Assembly (NCBI GenBank): GCA_044225175.1
Contig: JBGAJA010000001.1
Location: 742,711-806,710 of the forward strand
DNA length: 64,000 bases
Direction of reading: 5' to 3'
Source of the DNA: Candidatus Omnitrophota bacterium
GTDB lineage: Bacteria; Omnitrophota; Gorgyraeia; Zapsychrales; Fredricksoniimonadaceae
This document shows positions 9,534-20,500 of the stretch, in pieces. The notes under the pieces are model-generated. The model did not search any database. It worked only from the letters and a program-made list of their open reading frames with translations, and had not been told where the DNA came from. Within the stretch, counting starts at the first letter, position 1; each line of letters begins with the position of its first letter. Both the position numbers and the translations under genes were made by a program.

Positions 9534-9573
9534 AAATGTCTCCTTTTTCTTTATTTAAAATAACAAAAGAAAA

Positions 9574-9600
9574 ATGAAGCAAAGATGAAAATACAATGAA
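9574..9600 (-). promoter_or_regulatory. Triple direct repeat with 11-bp period (candidate regulator box)
   Basis: ATGAA at 9574, 9585 and 9596, upstream of the DUF2231-ku-ligD operon. Confidence 0.5.
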
Positions 9601-9610
9601 AGGGATAGCC

Positions 9611-9910
9611 TTAGGTGAAGAAAATGATGTAAAGCAAAAAACAGATAACAGCAAAAGAGGCTAAATAGAAATCATTGAAATAAAAGAAATCTTTAAGTTT
9701 CTCTGATGGCGTGTAAGTGTATTGAACATTCTCACTAACAATTTCACCGCTGGAACGTATTTCCATTACTTCATTACGTTTTAAACGCAAAAACTGATCA
9801 GCAATCTTATAAGCTTGTAGTTGTCCGCCATCAATCATATCCATGACTTTTTTTTCGGATATACCAAGGATTTGTGAAGTTTCTCGGACTGTAATGTACT
9901 GACTACTCAT
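9611..9910 (-). CDS. Excisionase-like (HTH_17) protein with a C-terminal transmembrane helix
   Basis: YITVRETSQILGIS...GQLQAYKI pattern; hydrophobic C-terminus. Confidence 0.75.
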   Translation of the reverse strand: MSSQYITVRETSQILGISEKKVMDMIDGGQLQAYKIADQFLRLKRNEVMEIRSSGEIVSENVQYTYTPSEKLKDFFYFNDFYLASFAVICFLLYIIFFT

Positions 9911-10428
9911 GACTTAACCTTACCTGAAGCAGCCCATTGATCAATTTTAACACGTTCAAATTTCCACCCACTATCATCTTTAATGGCAGGGATCTTTCCA
10001 GTTGTGGCCAATTCCTCAATCGCCTGAGCCTCAATCTCTAAATACTGAGACAAATCTTCAATATTCAAAAATTCATCCATCATTTGGCATTGTCCTTGAA
10101 AAATAGCACCTTCAACAATGTTGAGTTTACGACTCGAAATATCTCCTGTGAGAATAGCCGTGGGCATGAGTACAAGCATTTTCTTAGCAATTACATTGCC
10201 TTTGACCTTACCAGCAATGATGATATTATCGCCTTGTATATTCGCTTCTACGTAAGCATCTGGCCCAATCGTGAGAGTTCCTTTAGTTTCTAATTTTCCT
10301 AAGAAACGTCCCATGATCTTTAGATTGATAGGATCATTGAAAGAAAGGGCCCCTTCCATTTGAGCTCCAATTTCAATAACTTTTTCTTCGGGAACCTGTT
10401 CTTTTGCCTCTCTGCGAATAAATGCCAT
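9907..10428 (-). CDS. Bactofilin (polymer-forming cytoskeletal protein) fused to a C-terminal HTH_17-like domain
   Basis: Beta-helix repeats (EGALSF, LTIG, VEANI, GKVKGNV, GAIFQG) followed by LNIEDLSQYL...GKIPAIK...WKF...IDQW. Confidence 0.85.
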   Translation of the reverse strand: MAFIRREAKEQVPEEKVIEIGAQMEGALSFNDPINLKIMGRFLGKLETKGTLTIGPDAYVEANIQGDNIIIAGKVKGNVIAKKMLVLMPTAILTGDISSRKLNIVEGAIFQGQCQMMDEFLNIEDLSQYLEIEAQAIEELATTGKIPAIKDDSGWKFERVKIDQWAASGKVKS

Positions 10429-10440
10429 TTAAACTCCTTT

Positions 10441-10470
10441 TGTACGGATAGATCAGTGATCTGTCCCTAC
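10441..10470. repeat. REP-like palindrome (GTAG class), intergenic
   Basis: Minus strand reads GTAGGGACAGATCA-C-TGATCTATCCGTACA. Confidence 0.6.
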
Positions 10471-10507
10471 CATTATTAATTCAATATATCCAATTGACCT
10501 CTTAAAG

Positions 10508-11461
10508 TCAATTATTGATCATGCGATAGCCAAAACCAGCAATCATGGCTGCATTATCTAAACATAAGGATAGTGGAGGAAAATAGACTTGAATTCCTTT
10601 AGATAGGCCTTGTTCAATCATTTGCTGTCTTAAAGCAGAATTAGCAGCCACTCCACCTCCAATTAACAGCGTTGTAACCTTTTTTTGAACACATGCCCGG
10701 ATAGCCTTATCCGTGAGGGCTCCCACAACACTTTCTTGAAAAGAAAAAGCAACTTCTTCTACTTTATAATCCTTGTTCTTCTGGGTATGGTATAACACAG
10801 CTGTTTTAAGCCCGCTAAAGCTAAAGTCATATTTATTATCTAATTTTGCTTTAGAAAATCGAATTCGATCATTGGCACCTGTTTTAGCCAGACGATCAAT
10901 CACAGGGCCTCCTGGGTAACCTACCTTTAACAGACGCGCAACTTTATCAAAGGCTTCCCCAGCCGCATCATCTACCGTCTTTCCCATAAGCTTTACCTTT
11001 TTGAAATCTTTAATATCAAAAAGACTTGTATGCCCTCCAGAAACCACCAAACCAATGGCAGGAATCTTAGGAAGAGGGGCTTGATCATCTTTGATTCTTA
11101 AGAAGTTTGCATACCAATGAGCTTGAATATGATCAACCTCTATCAAAGGTTTCCCAGAGGCATAGGCCAAAGCCTGAGCAAAGGCAATTCCTACAAGCAA
11201 AGAACCAATCAAACCTGGCTTGACCGTAACTGCAATAGCATCAATATCTTTTAAAGTCATCTTTGCTTCTTTTAAAGCTTGGGAGACTATCACATGAATA
11301 GATTCAATTTGACGACGCGAGGCAATCTCAGGAATAATGCCACCATACTCTGCGTGTTCTTTAAGGGAACTAATCACAATATTAGAATGCACACGAATTC
11401 CATCACTGACAATGGCAGCTGCCGTTTCATCGCATGATGTTTCAATTCCTAGGATGTTCAT
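10508..11461 (-). CDS. tsaD: tRNA t6A threonylcarbamoyltransferase
   Basis: LGIETSCDETA, HIQAH, VSGGHT, DDAAGEAFDK, DNAAMI. Confidence 0.97.
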   Translation of the reverse strand: MNILGIETSCDETAAAIVSDGIRVHSNIVISSLKEHAEYGGIIPEIASRRQIESIHVIVSQALKEAKMTLKDIDAIAVTVKPGLIGSLLVGIAFAQALAYASGKPLIEVDHIQAHWYANFLRIKDDQAPLPKIPAIGLVVSGGHTSLFDIKDFKKVKLMGKTVDDAAGEAFDKVARLLKVGYPGGPVIDRLAKTGANDRIRFSKAKLDNKYDFSFSGLKTAVLYHTQKNKDYKVEEVAFSFQESVVGALTDKAIRACVQKKVTTLLIGGGVAANSALRQQMIEQGLSKGIQVYFPPLSLCLDNAAMIAGFGYRMINN

Positions 11462-12387
11462 TTTTTATTTCTTAGAAGTTCTCGAATACTGACAATTTGA
11501 AAACCTTGTTTCTGAAGGGTCGGAATCTGATCTTTTAAGACCTGAAGAGTCAGTTGCCGATCATGACCGATCGCAACCGCATAACCTTTTTTCCGAGCTT
11601 TTTGGGCTAATTCCACAAGTTGTTTTTCAATAGCTTCACGGGTGTTGACATTATCCAAAAACACATCTCTTTGCGCAAAAGGAACGCCTAATTCATCAGC
11701 AATTGCGCCTGACACGGAATGATGAGGAGATGTCATACTATCTACAAAGAACAACCCTTTATGCCTTACTTTATTCAGAATGATTTTCATCAAAGTCGCA
11801 CTCTCCGTCGCCTTAGATCCCATATGATTATTCACCCCTACAATCATAGGCATTTTCTTAAAAGTCTCATCTACAAGCTTCTCTACTTGAGATTTTGACA
11901 TCTTTGTTGTAATCAAATAATTGTCTGGATAAGGATCACGATTCACGTAAGGTTCAAGAGGCAAATGTAACATAATGTCTTTATCATAAAGACTTGCGCA
12001 TTTCATAATCTCATTGGTTCTCTTAAGATTAGGCAACACAGCAATCGCCATAGGCGTTGCTATTTCTTTTAAAAAATGACAATTGCTCATTCGATAGCCC
12101 CAATCATCAAGAATAAAAGCTATTTTAGCCCCGTTTCCAGGAAGCATTTTTTCATTCAACTGCTGTTTGGGCTTAGTTGGGGTTGAAGATGCCTTTTTTG
12201 TTGTAGTTGTAGGAGCAGTGGTTTTAGCAGCAACAGTCTTGTGTTTGACAGGTGCAGGCTGTTTTTGCTTAGAGAAAAATAAATAAAGACCTGCAAAAAT
12301 AAAAAAGAGCACACTAATAATAACCGTGATTGTTATGATTGAATTATTCTTACCTCTTCCAGAAGGGATTTTAGCTTTTTTGACCAT
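11458..12387 (-). CDS. Divergent polysaccharide deacetylase (YibQ-like), membrane anchored
   Basis: ILDDWG, MLHLPLEP, GVNNHMGS, RDVFLDN, AIGH. Confidence 0.9.
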   Translation of the reverse strand: MVKKAKIPSGRGKNNSIITITVIISVLFFIFAGLYLFFSKQKQPAPVKHKTVAAKTTAPTTTTKKASSTPTKPKQQLNEKMLPGNGAKIAFILDDWGYRMSNCHFLKEIATPMAIAVLPNLKRTNEIMKCASLYDKDIMLHLPLEPYVNRDPYPDNYLITTKMSKSQVEKLVDETFKKMPMIVGVNNHMGSKATESATLMKIILNKVRHKGLFFVDSMTSPHHSVSGAIADELGVPFAQRDVFLDNVNTREAIEKQLVELAQKARKKGYAVAIGHDRQLTLQVLKDQIPTLQKQGFQIVSIRELLRNKK

Positions 12388-12389
12388 AA

Positions 12390-13766
12390 TTATTTACTGA
12401 AACTCTGATAAACTTTGATTCCCTTAATTACATTAATTGCAGCAACTAATTGATTATCTGCAAGATCTTTCTTGATTTGTTCTTGTTCCTTTTTCTTTTG
12501 TTCTGTCATAACCGCAGGCTCTTCTTTATGCTCTCTTTTTTCAACTTCATCAAAAATATCCTCTAAATCTTTCTTATCTTTCTTATCTTTCTTATCTTCA
12601 GCCTTATCAGAAACTTTCTCTTCTTTGGTTTTTTTGATGACAATATCCGGCGTAATCCCCTTACCATGGATACTCACACCTGAGGGAGTAAAATACTTTG
12701 CTGTGGTTAGGCGTAAACCTGATCCATCTGGCAATGGGATGACAGACTGAACAGAACCTTTTCCAAAAGATTGGGCCCCAACAATGACAGCCCTCTTATT
12801 ATCTTTTAAAGCCCCTGCAAAAATTTCACTTGCAGATGCACTTCCTTCATTAATAAGAACAGCTACTGGCCAATTTAAAAAATCCCCACGGGTATTACTC
12901 GATTTAGATAGCGTATTAAGAGCAGCGTGGCGGCCTTTAGTTGAGACAATGACCTTACCATCAGGAAGAAAATCTTCAGAAATCTTGATAGCTACATTTA
13001 GAAGCCCCCCAGGATTATTACGCAAGTCTACAATAAGGCTGTCTGCACCTTGGCTCTTCAATTTTTCAACATTTTCATGAAATTCATTATAAGAATTCTC
13101 ACGAAACTCTGTTAAGCGAATATATCCAATATGATTGTCAATCAAGTGTGGATCTTTAATGTCTTGAACATGGATCAATTCTCTCGTAATAGTAAATTCT
13201 TTAACTAAACTTTCACTTTCACGAAGAATGGTAATATGGATGACTGTTCCTGGTTTTCCTCTCAAACGTTTTACAGCATCACTCAACGTCATATCACGCG
13301 TGACTTCTTTTTCAATTTTAACTATCCTGTCACCTGCCTTAATTCCGGCTTTCCAAGCTGGCGAATCTTCAACTGGAGTAATAATAGTTAATAAACCATC
13401 TTTAATGGTAATTTCTATTCCTAAACCTCCAAACTTTCCTTGGGTTTCAGTTTTAAGTTCTTTGTAATCATCTGGATCCATAAATTGGCTATGGGGATCT
13501 AGAGATGATAGCAACCCTTTAAGTGACCCATAAATTAAATCTTTAGGGGTCTTTTCTTCCACATATTCTGATTGGATCGTAGTCAATGCATAACTATAAA
13601 GCTCAACATTAGAGTACAGATCTTCTCGGCTCAGAGTTTTACTAGCCTTAGGCAATTCTTTAGTCACATTAACTTTATCTTCATCTGCTCTAAGGACATC
13701 TATACGAGGTAAAACCCCTAAACATACAAAAAATGCCAAAACAATTAATAATCTTCTTTTAAACAT
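12390..13766 (-). CDS. ctpA: S41 carboxyl-terminal processing protease
   Basis: PDZ domain, DLRNNPGGLL, SASASEI, FGKGSVQ. Confidence 0.93.
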   Translation of the reverse strand: MFKRRLLIVLAFFVCLGVLPRIDVLRADEDKVNVTKELPKASKTLSREDLYSNVELYSYALTTIQSEYVEEKTPKDLIYGSLKGLLSSLDPHSQFMDPDDYKELKTETQGKFGGLGIEITIKDGLLTIITPVEDSPAWKAGIKAGDRIVKIEKEVTRDMTLSDAVKRLRGKPGTVIHITILRESESLVKEFTITRELIHVQDIKDPHLIDNHIGYIRLTEFRENSYNEFHENVEKLKSQGADSLIVDLRNNPGGLLNVAIKISEDFLPDGKVIVSTKGRHAALNTLSKSSNTRGDFLNWPVAVLINEGSASASEIFAGALKDNKRAVIVGAQSFGKGSVQSVIPLPDGSGLRLTTAKYFTPSGVSIHGKGITPDIVIKKTKEEKVSDKAEDKKDKKDKKDLEDIFDEVEKREHKEEPAVMTEQKKKEQEQIKKDLADNQLVAAINVIKGIKVYQSFSK

Positions 13767-15198
13767 TCGTAATCCTTTTGGTAATCATCTCATTAAGCTT
13801 CTTAGGATTAGCCTTACCGCCACTTTTTTTCATAGCTTGACCGACCAAGAACCCAGCAGCGGAAGGTTTGCCTTCTTTGATCTGTTGAACCACCGTAGGA
13901 TTTTGATTAATCACTTCATCAATGATTGTCATCAAGGCAGAGTCATCTGAGACTTGAGCCAAACCTTTATCTTGAATAATAACATTAGGAGATTTTCCTG
14001 AATTAAGCATTTCACTTAAGACATCTTTTCCAACTAAGTTACTAATTGTTCCACCTTCCACAGCTTTAATTAGTTCAGCTAAATGAACAGCAGTTAACTT
14101 TAATTCTTTTAAGGAAGCTTTGCGATCACTCATTTCTTTCAAAATAGGACCGTTCAGCCAATTAGCAACCTTTTTTGCCTCAACTACTTCTTTACAACAT
14201 GTTTCAAAGAAAAGGGTTAAATCTTGGTCCATCACTAAAACACCCGCGTCATATTCACTTAAACCATATTGCTTAACAAATCGCTCCACTTTAGCTTGCG
14301 GCATTTCTGGAAGCTCAGCACGGACTTGATCTATTAATTTTTGTTCGACAGTAAAGGGAACTAAGTCTGGATCTGGAAAATAACGATAGTCATGCGCTTG
14401 TTCCTTAGAGCGCATAGTTATGGTGATCGCCTTTTCATCATTCCAAAGTAGTGTCTCTTGAACAATCTTGCCACCTGAAAGAATAACCTGAGTATGACGG
14501 GCCACTTCATAATCAATGGCTTTTTTAACAGCACTGAAAGAATTCATATTCTTTAGCTCTGTTTTTGTACCGAATTCTTTTTGACCAACAGGACGAATGG
14601 ATACGTTCGCATCACATCGCAAACTTCCCTTTTCCATATCACAATCAGAAACGTTTAAATACTGCAAAGAAAGCTTTAGTGTCGTTAAATATTCATAAGC
14701 TTCCTGGGAAGAACGCATGTCTGCTTCTGTGACGATCTCAATCAAAGGAGTCCCCGTGCGATTAAAATCAACCAATGAACATCCGCCTGCATTGTCATGC
14801 ATAAGCTTTCCTGCATCTTCTTCTAAATGGGCTCTGGTGATTCCAATACGTTTGGCTCCAGCAGGAGTTTTAATCATCAGAAACCCTTTGTGGGCAACCG
14901 GAAAATCGTATTGAGAAATTTGATAACCCTTAGGAGAATCAGGATAGTAATAATTTTTTCGATCAAATTTAATAAAAGAATTGATCTGGCAATTCAACGC
15001 AAGTCCAACCTTAATACCAGAAAGCAAAACCTGACGATTTAACACAGGCAAAGCACCAGGCAATCCTAAACAGACAGGGCAAACATTAGTATTGGGATCT
15101 GATCCAAAGACGTTCGCACATCCACAAAAGATCTTTGTCTTTGTGTTCAATTGAAGATGAACTTCTAAACCAATGACTGTTTCAAATTGTTGGCTCAT
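13759..15198 (-). CDS. gatB: Asp/Glu-tRNA amidotransferase subunit B
   Basis: [28 protein letters not shown]; start trimmed to MSQQF (ATGA overlap with gatA). Confidence 0.97.
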   Translation of the reverse strand: MSQQFETVIGLEVHLQLNTKTKIFCGCANVFGSDPNTNVCPVCLGLPGALPVLNRQVLLSGIKVGLALNCQINSFIKFDRKNYYYPDSPKGYQISQYDFPVAHKGFLMIKTPAGAKRIGITRAHLEEDAGKLMHDNAGGCSLVDFNRTGTPLIEIVTEADMRSSQEAYEYLTTLKLSLQYLNVSDCDMEKGSLRCDANVSIRPVGQKEFGTKTELKNMNSFSAVKKAIDYEVARHTQVILSGGKIVQETLLWNDEKAITITMRSKEQAHDYRYFPDPDLVPFTVEQKLIDQVRAELPEMPQAKVERFVKQYGLSEYDAGVLVMDQDLTLFFETCCKEVVEAKKVANWLNGPILKEMSDRKASLKELKLTAVHLAELIKAVEGGTISNLVGKDVLSEMLNSGKSPNVIIQDKGLAQVSDDSALMTIIDEVINQNPTVVQQIKEGKPSAAGFLVGQAMKKSGGKANPKKLNEMITKRITNV

Positions 15199-16622
15199 AG
15201 ATTTGGTTTCTTCGTATGCCACGGGGTGCTTTGTTCATAGGCGTATGACACCCTAAGCAACATTTCTTCATCAAAAGCCCGTCCCATCAATTGCAGGCCA
15301 ATGGGAAGCCCTTCTTTAGAAAATCCACAAGGCACCGAGATCGACGGAATACCAGCTAAATTAGCTGGAATTGTGTAAATATCTGATAAATACATGGAAA
15401 GTGGATCTGAAACCTTTTCTCCCACTTTAAAAGCTGTTGTTGGAGCTGTAGGCGTTAAGATGACATCACATTCTTTGAAAGCTTCATCTAAATCTTGTTT
15501 GATTAAGGAGCGGACCTTTTGACCTGAAAGATAATAGGCATCGTAATAGCCAGACGACAAAACATATGTTCCAAGCATAATGCGGCGCTTAGCTTCATCT
15601 CCAAAACCATTAGCGCGGGTCTCTTCATACATATCAAGCAAAGCATTTTTACGAATGGAAGTTGGTGACTGACGCAAGCCAAAGCGAACGCCATCAAAAC
15701 GGGCTAAATTAGAACTGGCCTCTGCTGTTGCGACGACATAATACGTGGCCACAGAATAAGGCGTATGCGGCAGGGTTATTTCTTTGATGATAGCTCCCTG
15801 CTTCTTAAGCTGTTCAATGGCCGCTTCAACCGCTGCCCTGACCTGAGGATCTAACCCTTCAATAAATGCTTCTTTAGGGATGCCGATCTTAATACCCTTC
15901 ACATCATTAATGAGCGCCTTGGTGTAATCAGGAACCGGTTCATTGACCGATGTAGAGTCTCTATCATCATATCCAGAAATCACATTCATAAGTAAGGCGC
16001 AATCAGTGACATCCTTGGTTAAAGGTCCAATCTGATCTAAGCTTGAAGCAAAAGCAATCAATCCATAGCGAGAAACACGGCCATAGGTAGGCTTCATGCC
16101 TACGATTCCACAAAAAGAAGCTGGCTGACGAATGGAACCTCCTGTATCAGAACCTAGAGCCCAAATTGTTTCATCTGCAGCAACAGAAGCAGCTGATCCT
16201 CCGCTTGACCCGCCAGGAACATAAGCTAAATTCCAAGGATTAAAAGTTGGCCCATAACAGGAACTTTCAGTCGAAGAACCAAAGGCAAATTCATCCATAT
16301 TAGCAGCACCCAAAATCATGCCCCCGCTTTGATTAATTCTCTCAATGACATGAGCATTATATGGAGCTATATAGCCTTTAAGAATGTTCGATGAACAAGT
16401 CACTTCAGATCCTTTAATATTCATATTGTCTTTGATGGCAATAGGAATAGAAACAGTGCCATTGGGGGCAACTTTGGGTGATCCCAAGCGTGCATAGGCA
16501 TGGACCTTGCTTTCAATCGCTGAAATACGAGACATAACATCTTTAAGGACTTCTTCAGGAGAAGCTTGCTTGGCCTTATACAGGTCTAAAATTTGATGGG
16601 CACTTAAAGAGTGGAGTTTCAT
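15195..16622 (-). CDS. gatA: Asp/Glu-tRNA amidotransferase subunit A
   Basis: Amidase signature GGSSGGSAA and [12 protein letters not shown]. Confidence 0.97.
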   Translation of the reverse strand: MKLHSLSAHQILDLYKAKQASPEEVLKDVMSRISAIESKVHAYARLGSPKVAPNGTVSIPIAIKDNMNIKGSEVTCSSNILKGYIAPYNAHVIERINQSGGMILGAANMDEFAFGSSTESSCYGPTFNPWNLAYVPGGSSGGSAASVAADETIWALGSDTGGSIRQPASFCGIVGMKPTYGRVSRYGLIAFASSLDQIGPLTKDVTDCALLMNVISGYDDRDSTSVNEPVPDYTKALINDVKGIKIGIPKEAFIEGLDPQVRAAVEAAIEQLKKQGAIIKEITLPHTPYSVATYYVVATAEASSNLARFDGVRFGLRQSPTSIRKNALLDMYEETRANGFGDEAKRRIMLGTYVLSSGYYDAYYLSGQKVRSLIKQDLDEAFKECDVILTPTAPTTAFKVGEKVSDPLSMYLSDIYTIPANLAGIPSISVPCGFSKEGLPIGLQLMGRAFDEEMLLRVSYAYEQSTPWHTKKPNL

Positions 16623-16906
16623 TCGATAACCAAAGGAACTTTAAAACAGCCGTCTTTTGATTCAACTGCAATCGAAAGGGCTTGGGAGTTAGAAAAAGAA
16701 GGTTTAATAACATCTTCACGTAAAGCGTTCGATAAAGGAACAGCATGACTGGTAGGTTTTATATCTTTTAAATCAAGCTTCTGCAGTTGTTCAACATAGC
16801 CAACGATATCTGTCAGGTTCTTAGTAAAACCTTCCAGTTTCTCAGGGGCAACATGCATTCTTGAAAGGGATGCGATATATTCAACGTCTTTTTTGGAAAT
16901 TGACAT
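16619..16906 (-). CDS. gatC: Asp/Glu-tRNA amidotransferase subunit C
   Basis: [14 protein letters not shown]...LRED...FKVP; operon position; start trimmed to MSISK. Confidence 0.92.
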   Translation of the reverse strand: MSISKKDVEYIASLSRMHVAPEKLEGFTKNLTDIVGYVEQLQKLDLKDIKPTSHAVPLSNALREDVIKPSFSNSQALSIAVESKDGCFKVPLVIE

Positions 16907-16965
16907 AGGGAAAATACTATCATCATCAAAAGCTAAAAACAAGGGTTTGTTAGCGAAGATTTACT

Positions 16966-17124
16966 TTATTTTTTCTTTTTATCCGTACGATTTAAAGCTT
17001 TGACCATGCGGTCAAGGGCTTGCTGTTGGCTAGTGCCTTCTGTTAAATGACCATCTGAGATAGCTGCAAAACCACTACGATTCTTGATTTTGAAAATACT
17101 AACTGTTCGTTTTCCAATTTTCAT
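16966..17124 (-). CDS. Small basic 52-aa protein (HicB N-terminal-like pattern)
   Basis: Below the track cutoff. MKIGKRTVSIFKIKNRSGFAAISDGHLTEGTSQQQALDRMVKALNRTDKKKK with GGAGAGGA RBS. Confidence 0.7.
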   Translation of the reverse strand: MKIGKRTVSIFKIKNRSGFAAISDGHLTEGTSQQQALDRMVKALNRTDKKKK

Positions 17125-17136
17125 GGTCCTCTCCTT

Positions 17137-17520
17137 TTAGGCAAGCAGTTTATCTTTTAAATCATCAGGAATTGGGGTTGGTTTAAAATCAGCATTCAAA
17201 CAGACAAGCGAAACCTCAGCCTGCACACATAAACGATTGTCTTTGGTGTCAGAAACAGTTTGATCAAAAATCAGTTGGGTTGCGGTTGCTTCTTTGAGTT
17301 TGGCTATGCATTGAAGGACTTGGTCATAACGGGCAGGGCTTTTGTAGGTGATATTGCAATTGCGAACAACAAAAAATAAACCTCGATCCTTGAAAGCTTG
17401 AACGCTCAACCCCCTTTGTTCCAAAAATTCCGTCCGAGCCTCTTCCAGATAACATAAGTATTGTCCATAATAAACAATCCCCCCTGCATCTGTATCATGA
17501 TAATAAATTCGCTTAAGCAT
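17137..17520 (-). CDS. YbgC/FadM-family hot-dog acyl-CoA thioesterase
   Basis: RIYYHDTDAGGIVYY...LEEARTE...YKSPARYD. Confidence 0.9.
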   Translation of the reverse strand: MLKRIYYHDTDAGGIVYYGQYLCYLEEARTEFLEQRGLSVQAFKDRGLFFVVRNCNITYKSPARYDQVLQCIAKLKEATATQLIFDQTVSDTKDNRLCVQAEVSLVCLNADFKPTPIPDDLKDKLLA

Positions 17521-17571
17521 GAAAAAATTATAGCATGCGCTTAGGGGAAGCTTAGAAATAAATTAAAAATG

Positions 17572-20500
17572 TTACGACTGATAAACTTCTTCAGGATGGT
17601 TTAGGCCAAGAAACTCTGAGACATTGGTCATTGGCTGAATGTTGGTGATGACGGGTTTAAAACCAGGGGCATTCTGCAGTTTCTGCAACATAGATGGATC
17701 GAGGTTAAATCTGATCTCTTCTCCTGCGTTACGAACTTCCAAAGGAGTTTGATTAGCTGTGAAATCAATACCGCCCTTATTCTGGAACCTCGTAGGTTCC
17801 AGTGGCTTGGTGAGTTGGGCTGGGTCCGTTTTGGGTAAGAGTGTTATGACGGAAAGGAATTGCATAAATCTTGAGAATTTTTTATCATGGGTGAATAAAT
17901 CGTTTTTTGTAAGAACACCAAATTCAAAAGAATCCTTTTGAGCATTACTCTCAAAATATTCAAATAAATGGGCAAGTTCATGAATAGTTGTATTAGTAGG
18001 CTTATGGATCGCTCCATTAGAAGAAATATCCATTCTATGAGCTAATTGAGCATTAATGTACACTTTAGAATGACCCGAACGTCTACTGAACAACCCTTGA
18101 AATGGAGCTTCTGCCTTTACTATAACAACCTGCTCAAACCCTAATTTTTGCCCAATCTTTTGCACGAGACTTAACAAACGCTGTTGTTGAGAATTTAATG
18201 CTTCCTCAGGAATAGCCAGTGATTCAGCACTTATCATGGTGGCAATATGAGACATTCGATTAGCAAGCGCTCCTCTTTGCGCACCCCAAGGATCAACTGT
18301 ATTCAAAGCCTGTTGAAAACCTGCTTCATCTATACCCAAACTCTTGGCTCGTCTTCTGGCTGCCTCTTCAGAAATAGCAGCCTGAGTTTTTATTCTGCGC
18401 ATTAAAAGACTATTTTTGCCATCTTTGGTCTGCACATTCAATTGAGCTAAAAATGGAACCAAAGACTCTTCGAAAGATCGATTTACACCCTTACCTTCAA
18501 ACCAGCCTTTAAGAGTAGTTAAATCTTGATGACTAATAAGATGACCAGCATTAATATCGTTAATCACATCAAAAAGAGACCTTTCTTTTGCCAGAGACCA
18601 TTGTGTTTGATTCTCTGGACTTAAAACATTCCAATAAGACTCTCGCGCAGAGGTTTCCCAATCTCGAGGGATTTGGCTAATATGAAAATCAGGGTTAGTT
18701 AATTCTTGATGGATTAGAGCTTTATAAAACTCGAGGGCCACATACTGTTGAATGACAGGCATAATGACGGCTTCTTGTTCAAATGAACTTCTATTTTGAA
18801 TCAAAGGCAGAGGGATCTGAATAACCAAACGAAGCTCCTCAATATGTTTACGTAAGGATTCTGGAATCAAAGCTAAGAATTCCTTCTTCAAAGACAAACT
18901 TTCAACCCTCAATCCCTTTTTATCAATGATTTGCAATGGCATATCTGAATCTTGAGTGGACCAAAGTTTCAAAGGACCATAGTTGTGCTGACCTATTTTC
19001 AAATCTATTTCTGTTAACAAATTCTTTCCTTTAACTTTGACCTGTTCTTCTGTGATACGACCTTCTTCCTTTTCCTTTTCAACAACCAATTTAAACTGCT
19101 CATTAGAGGCCATCCCTGCAAACATTTTCCATGTATGTTGGCCTAACATCTGGTCAAGCTCAGCAATAGAGCTTTGAGAATTTCTCATTCGTCTTATAAT
19201 GACTCCTTTCGAGAAATCTTGAGGATTGGCAATCCCAACCTTAACAACAAAAACTCGACCCAGAGTTCGATTGACCTTCATCTCAAAGACATAAGCTTCT
19301 TGGCCATTGTTAGCAATCATTTGCACACGATCAACACCAGAATAAATGGTGAATTTACCAGTTCCAAAAAAACCAACTGTTTGGCCATTTTGTTGGTCTT
19401 TTATTTTATTGGACTTGGGGATGAGTAAAGCCAATGCTTTTCCCAGAGGAGGCCCTTGACCATCATCCACAGCTTCTTCGACCAGATCGCCCGTTTGAAC
19501 ATCTTTGTAATAACGCACCAGTAACTTATTAGCCCCTGCATCAGAAGAGTTTTGAGGAATTTCAGCCGCATAGCGGCCTGCTTCACCTTGAACATTCACA
19601 TATTGGCTAATTTCCCGTCTAAGATTAGGATTATCGATCGCCATCATTTGGCCTATATGTTCAGGGGTAAATAATCCTGCAATATCATACATACTCGATT
19701 GATCTATTCCAGAGCGCTTGTCCGCATTGAATTGAGCAATGTTTTCAACAGGAATACCTTCCTCTTTTTGCATAAGCCATTGAATATCTTTGGGCAATTC
19801 CAAGTCTTTCGTTTGCACATGATCAACACGGTTAGTCAAGAAGTCCACAAAAAACTGGGCTTCGCCTAATTCTGTAGCAGAACGGCGATCTGTTGCAGCT
19901 AATACGATTTGTTCTAAAGGTGTATGACTAAAGGCTTCATACCAAAGGGCCAAGTAGGATTCTTTACCCTTGCCTTTTGAAAATAAAAGCAATTTGTTTA
20001 ATTGATCTACTGCAATATCAATACTTTTATTGCCATTTTTTGCGACAAGACTTAAGAATACTACCATCAACGAACAAATATGAACGCTTATCTTTTGTCC
20101 ATAAATTTCATATAAAAGATCCAACATTTCATTAATAGGCTTAACTAAATTGATGGAATGATCGGCTTCTATTTTTAAAGAATATGTCATTGCTAATAAC
20201 CAAGAAGGAATATCAGCATTCTCCAAAGAAATCTTTTCATTCATAGCCATTACAAATATTTGATGGCTTAAACCTCTATAAAATTGATCACCAATCTCAT
20301 TATCAACCAAAGTATGTTCACTGGAAGGAAATAAAGGATTGCCTTTCTTCTTTAAATCTTGTAAACCTCTCAACAGTAGACTCATCTTTTTTATAAAAGA
20401 TTCCACCATAAGGTCATCCAAATTGACATGTTCTTTACCATTAGCTAAAGCATCTTTAAAACGTGTTTTAATCTGCTCTTTTTGCTTAGAATAGAAATAC

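Noticed and set aside
12568-12598. 9-bp tandem repeat in ctpA (KKDKKDKKD)
   Set aside because: In-frame low-complexity linker; a unit of 9 bp cannot cause phase variation.
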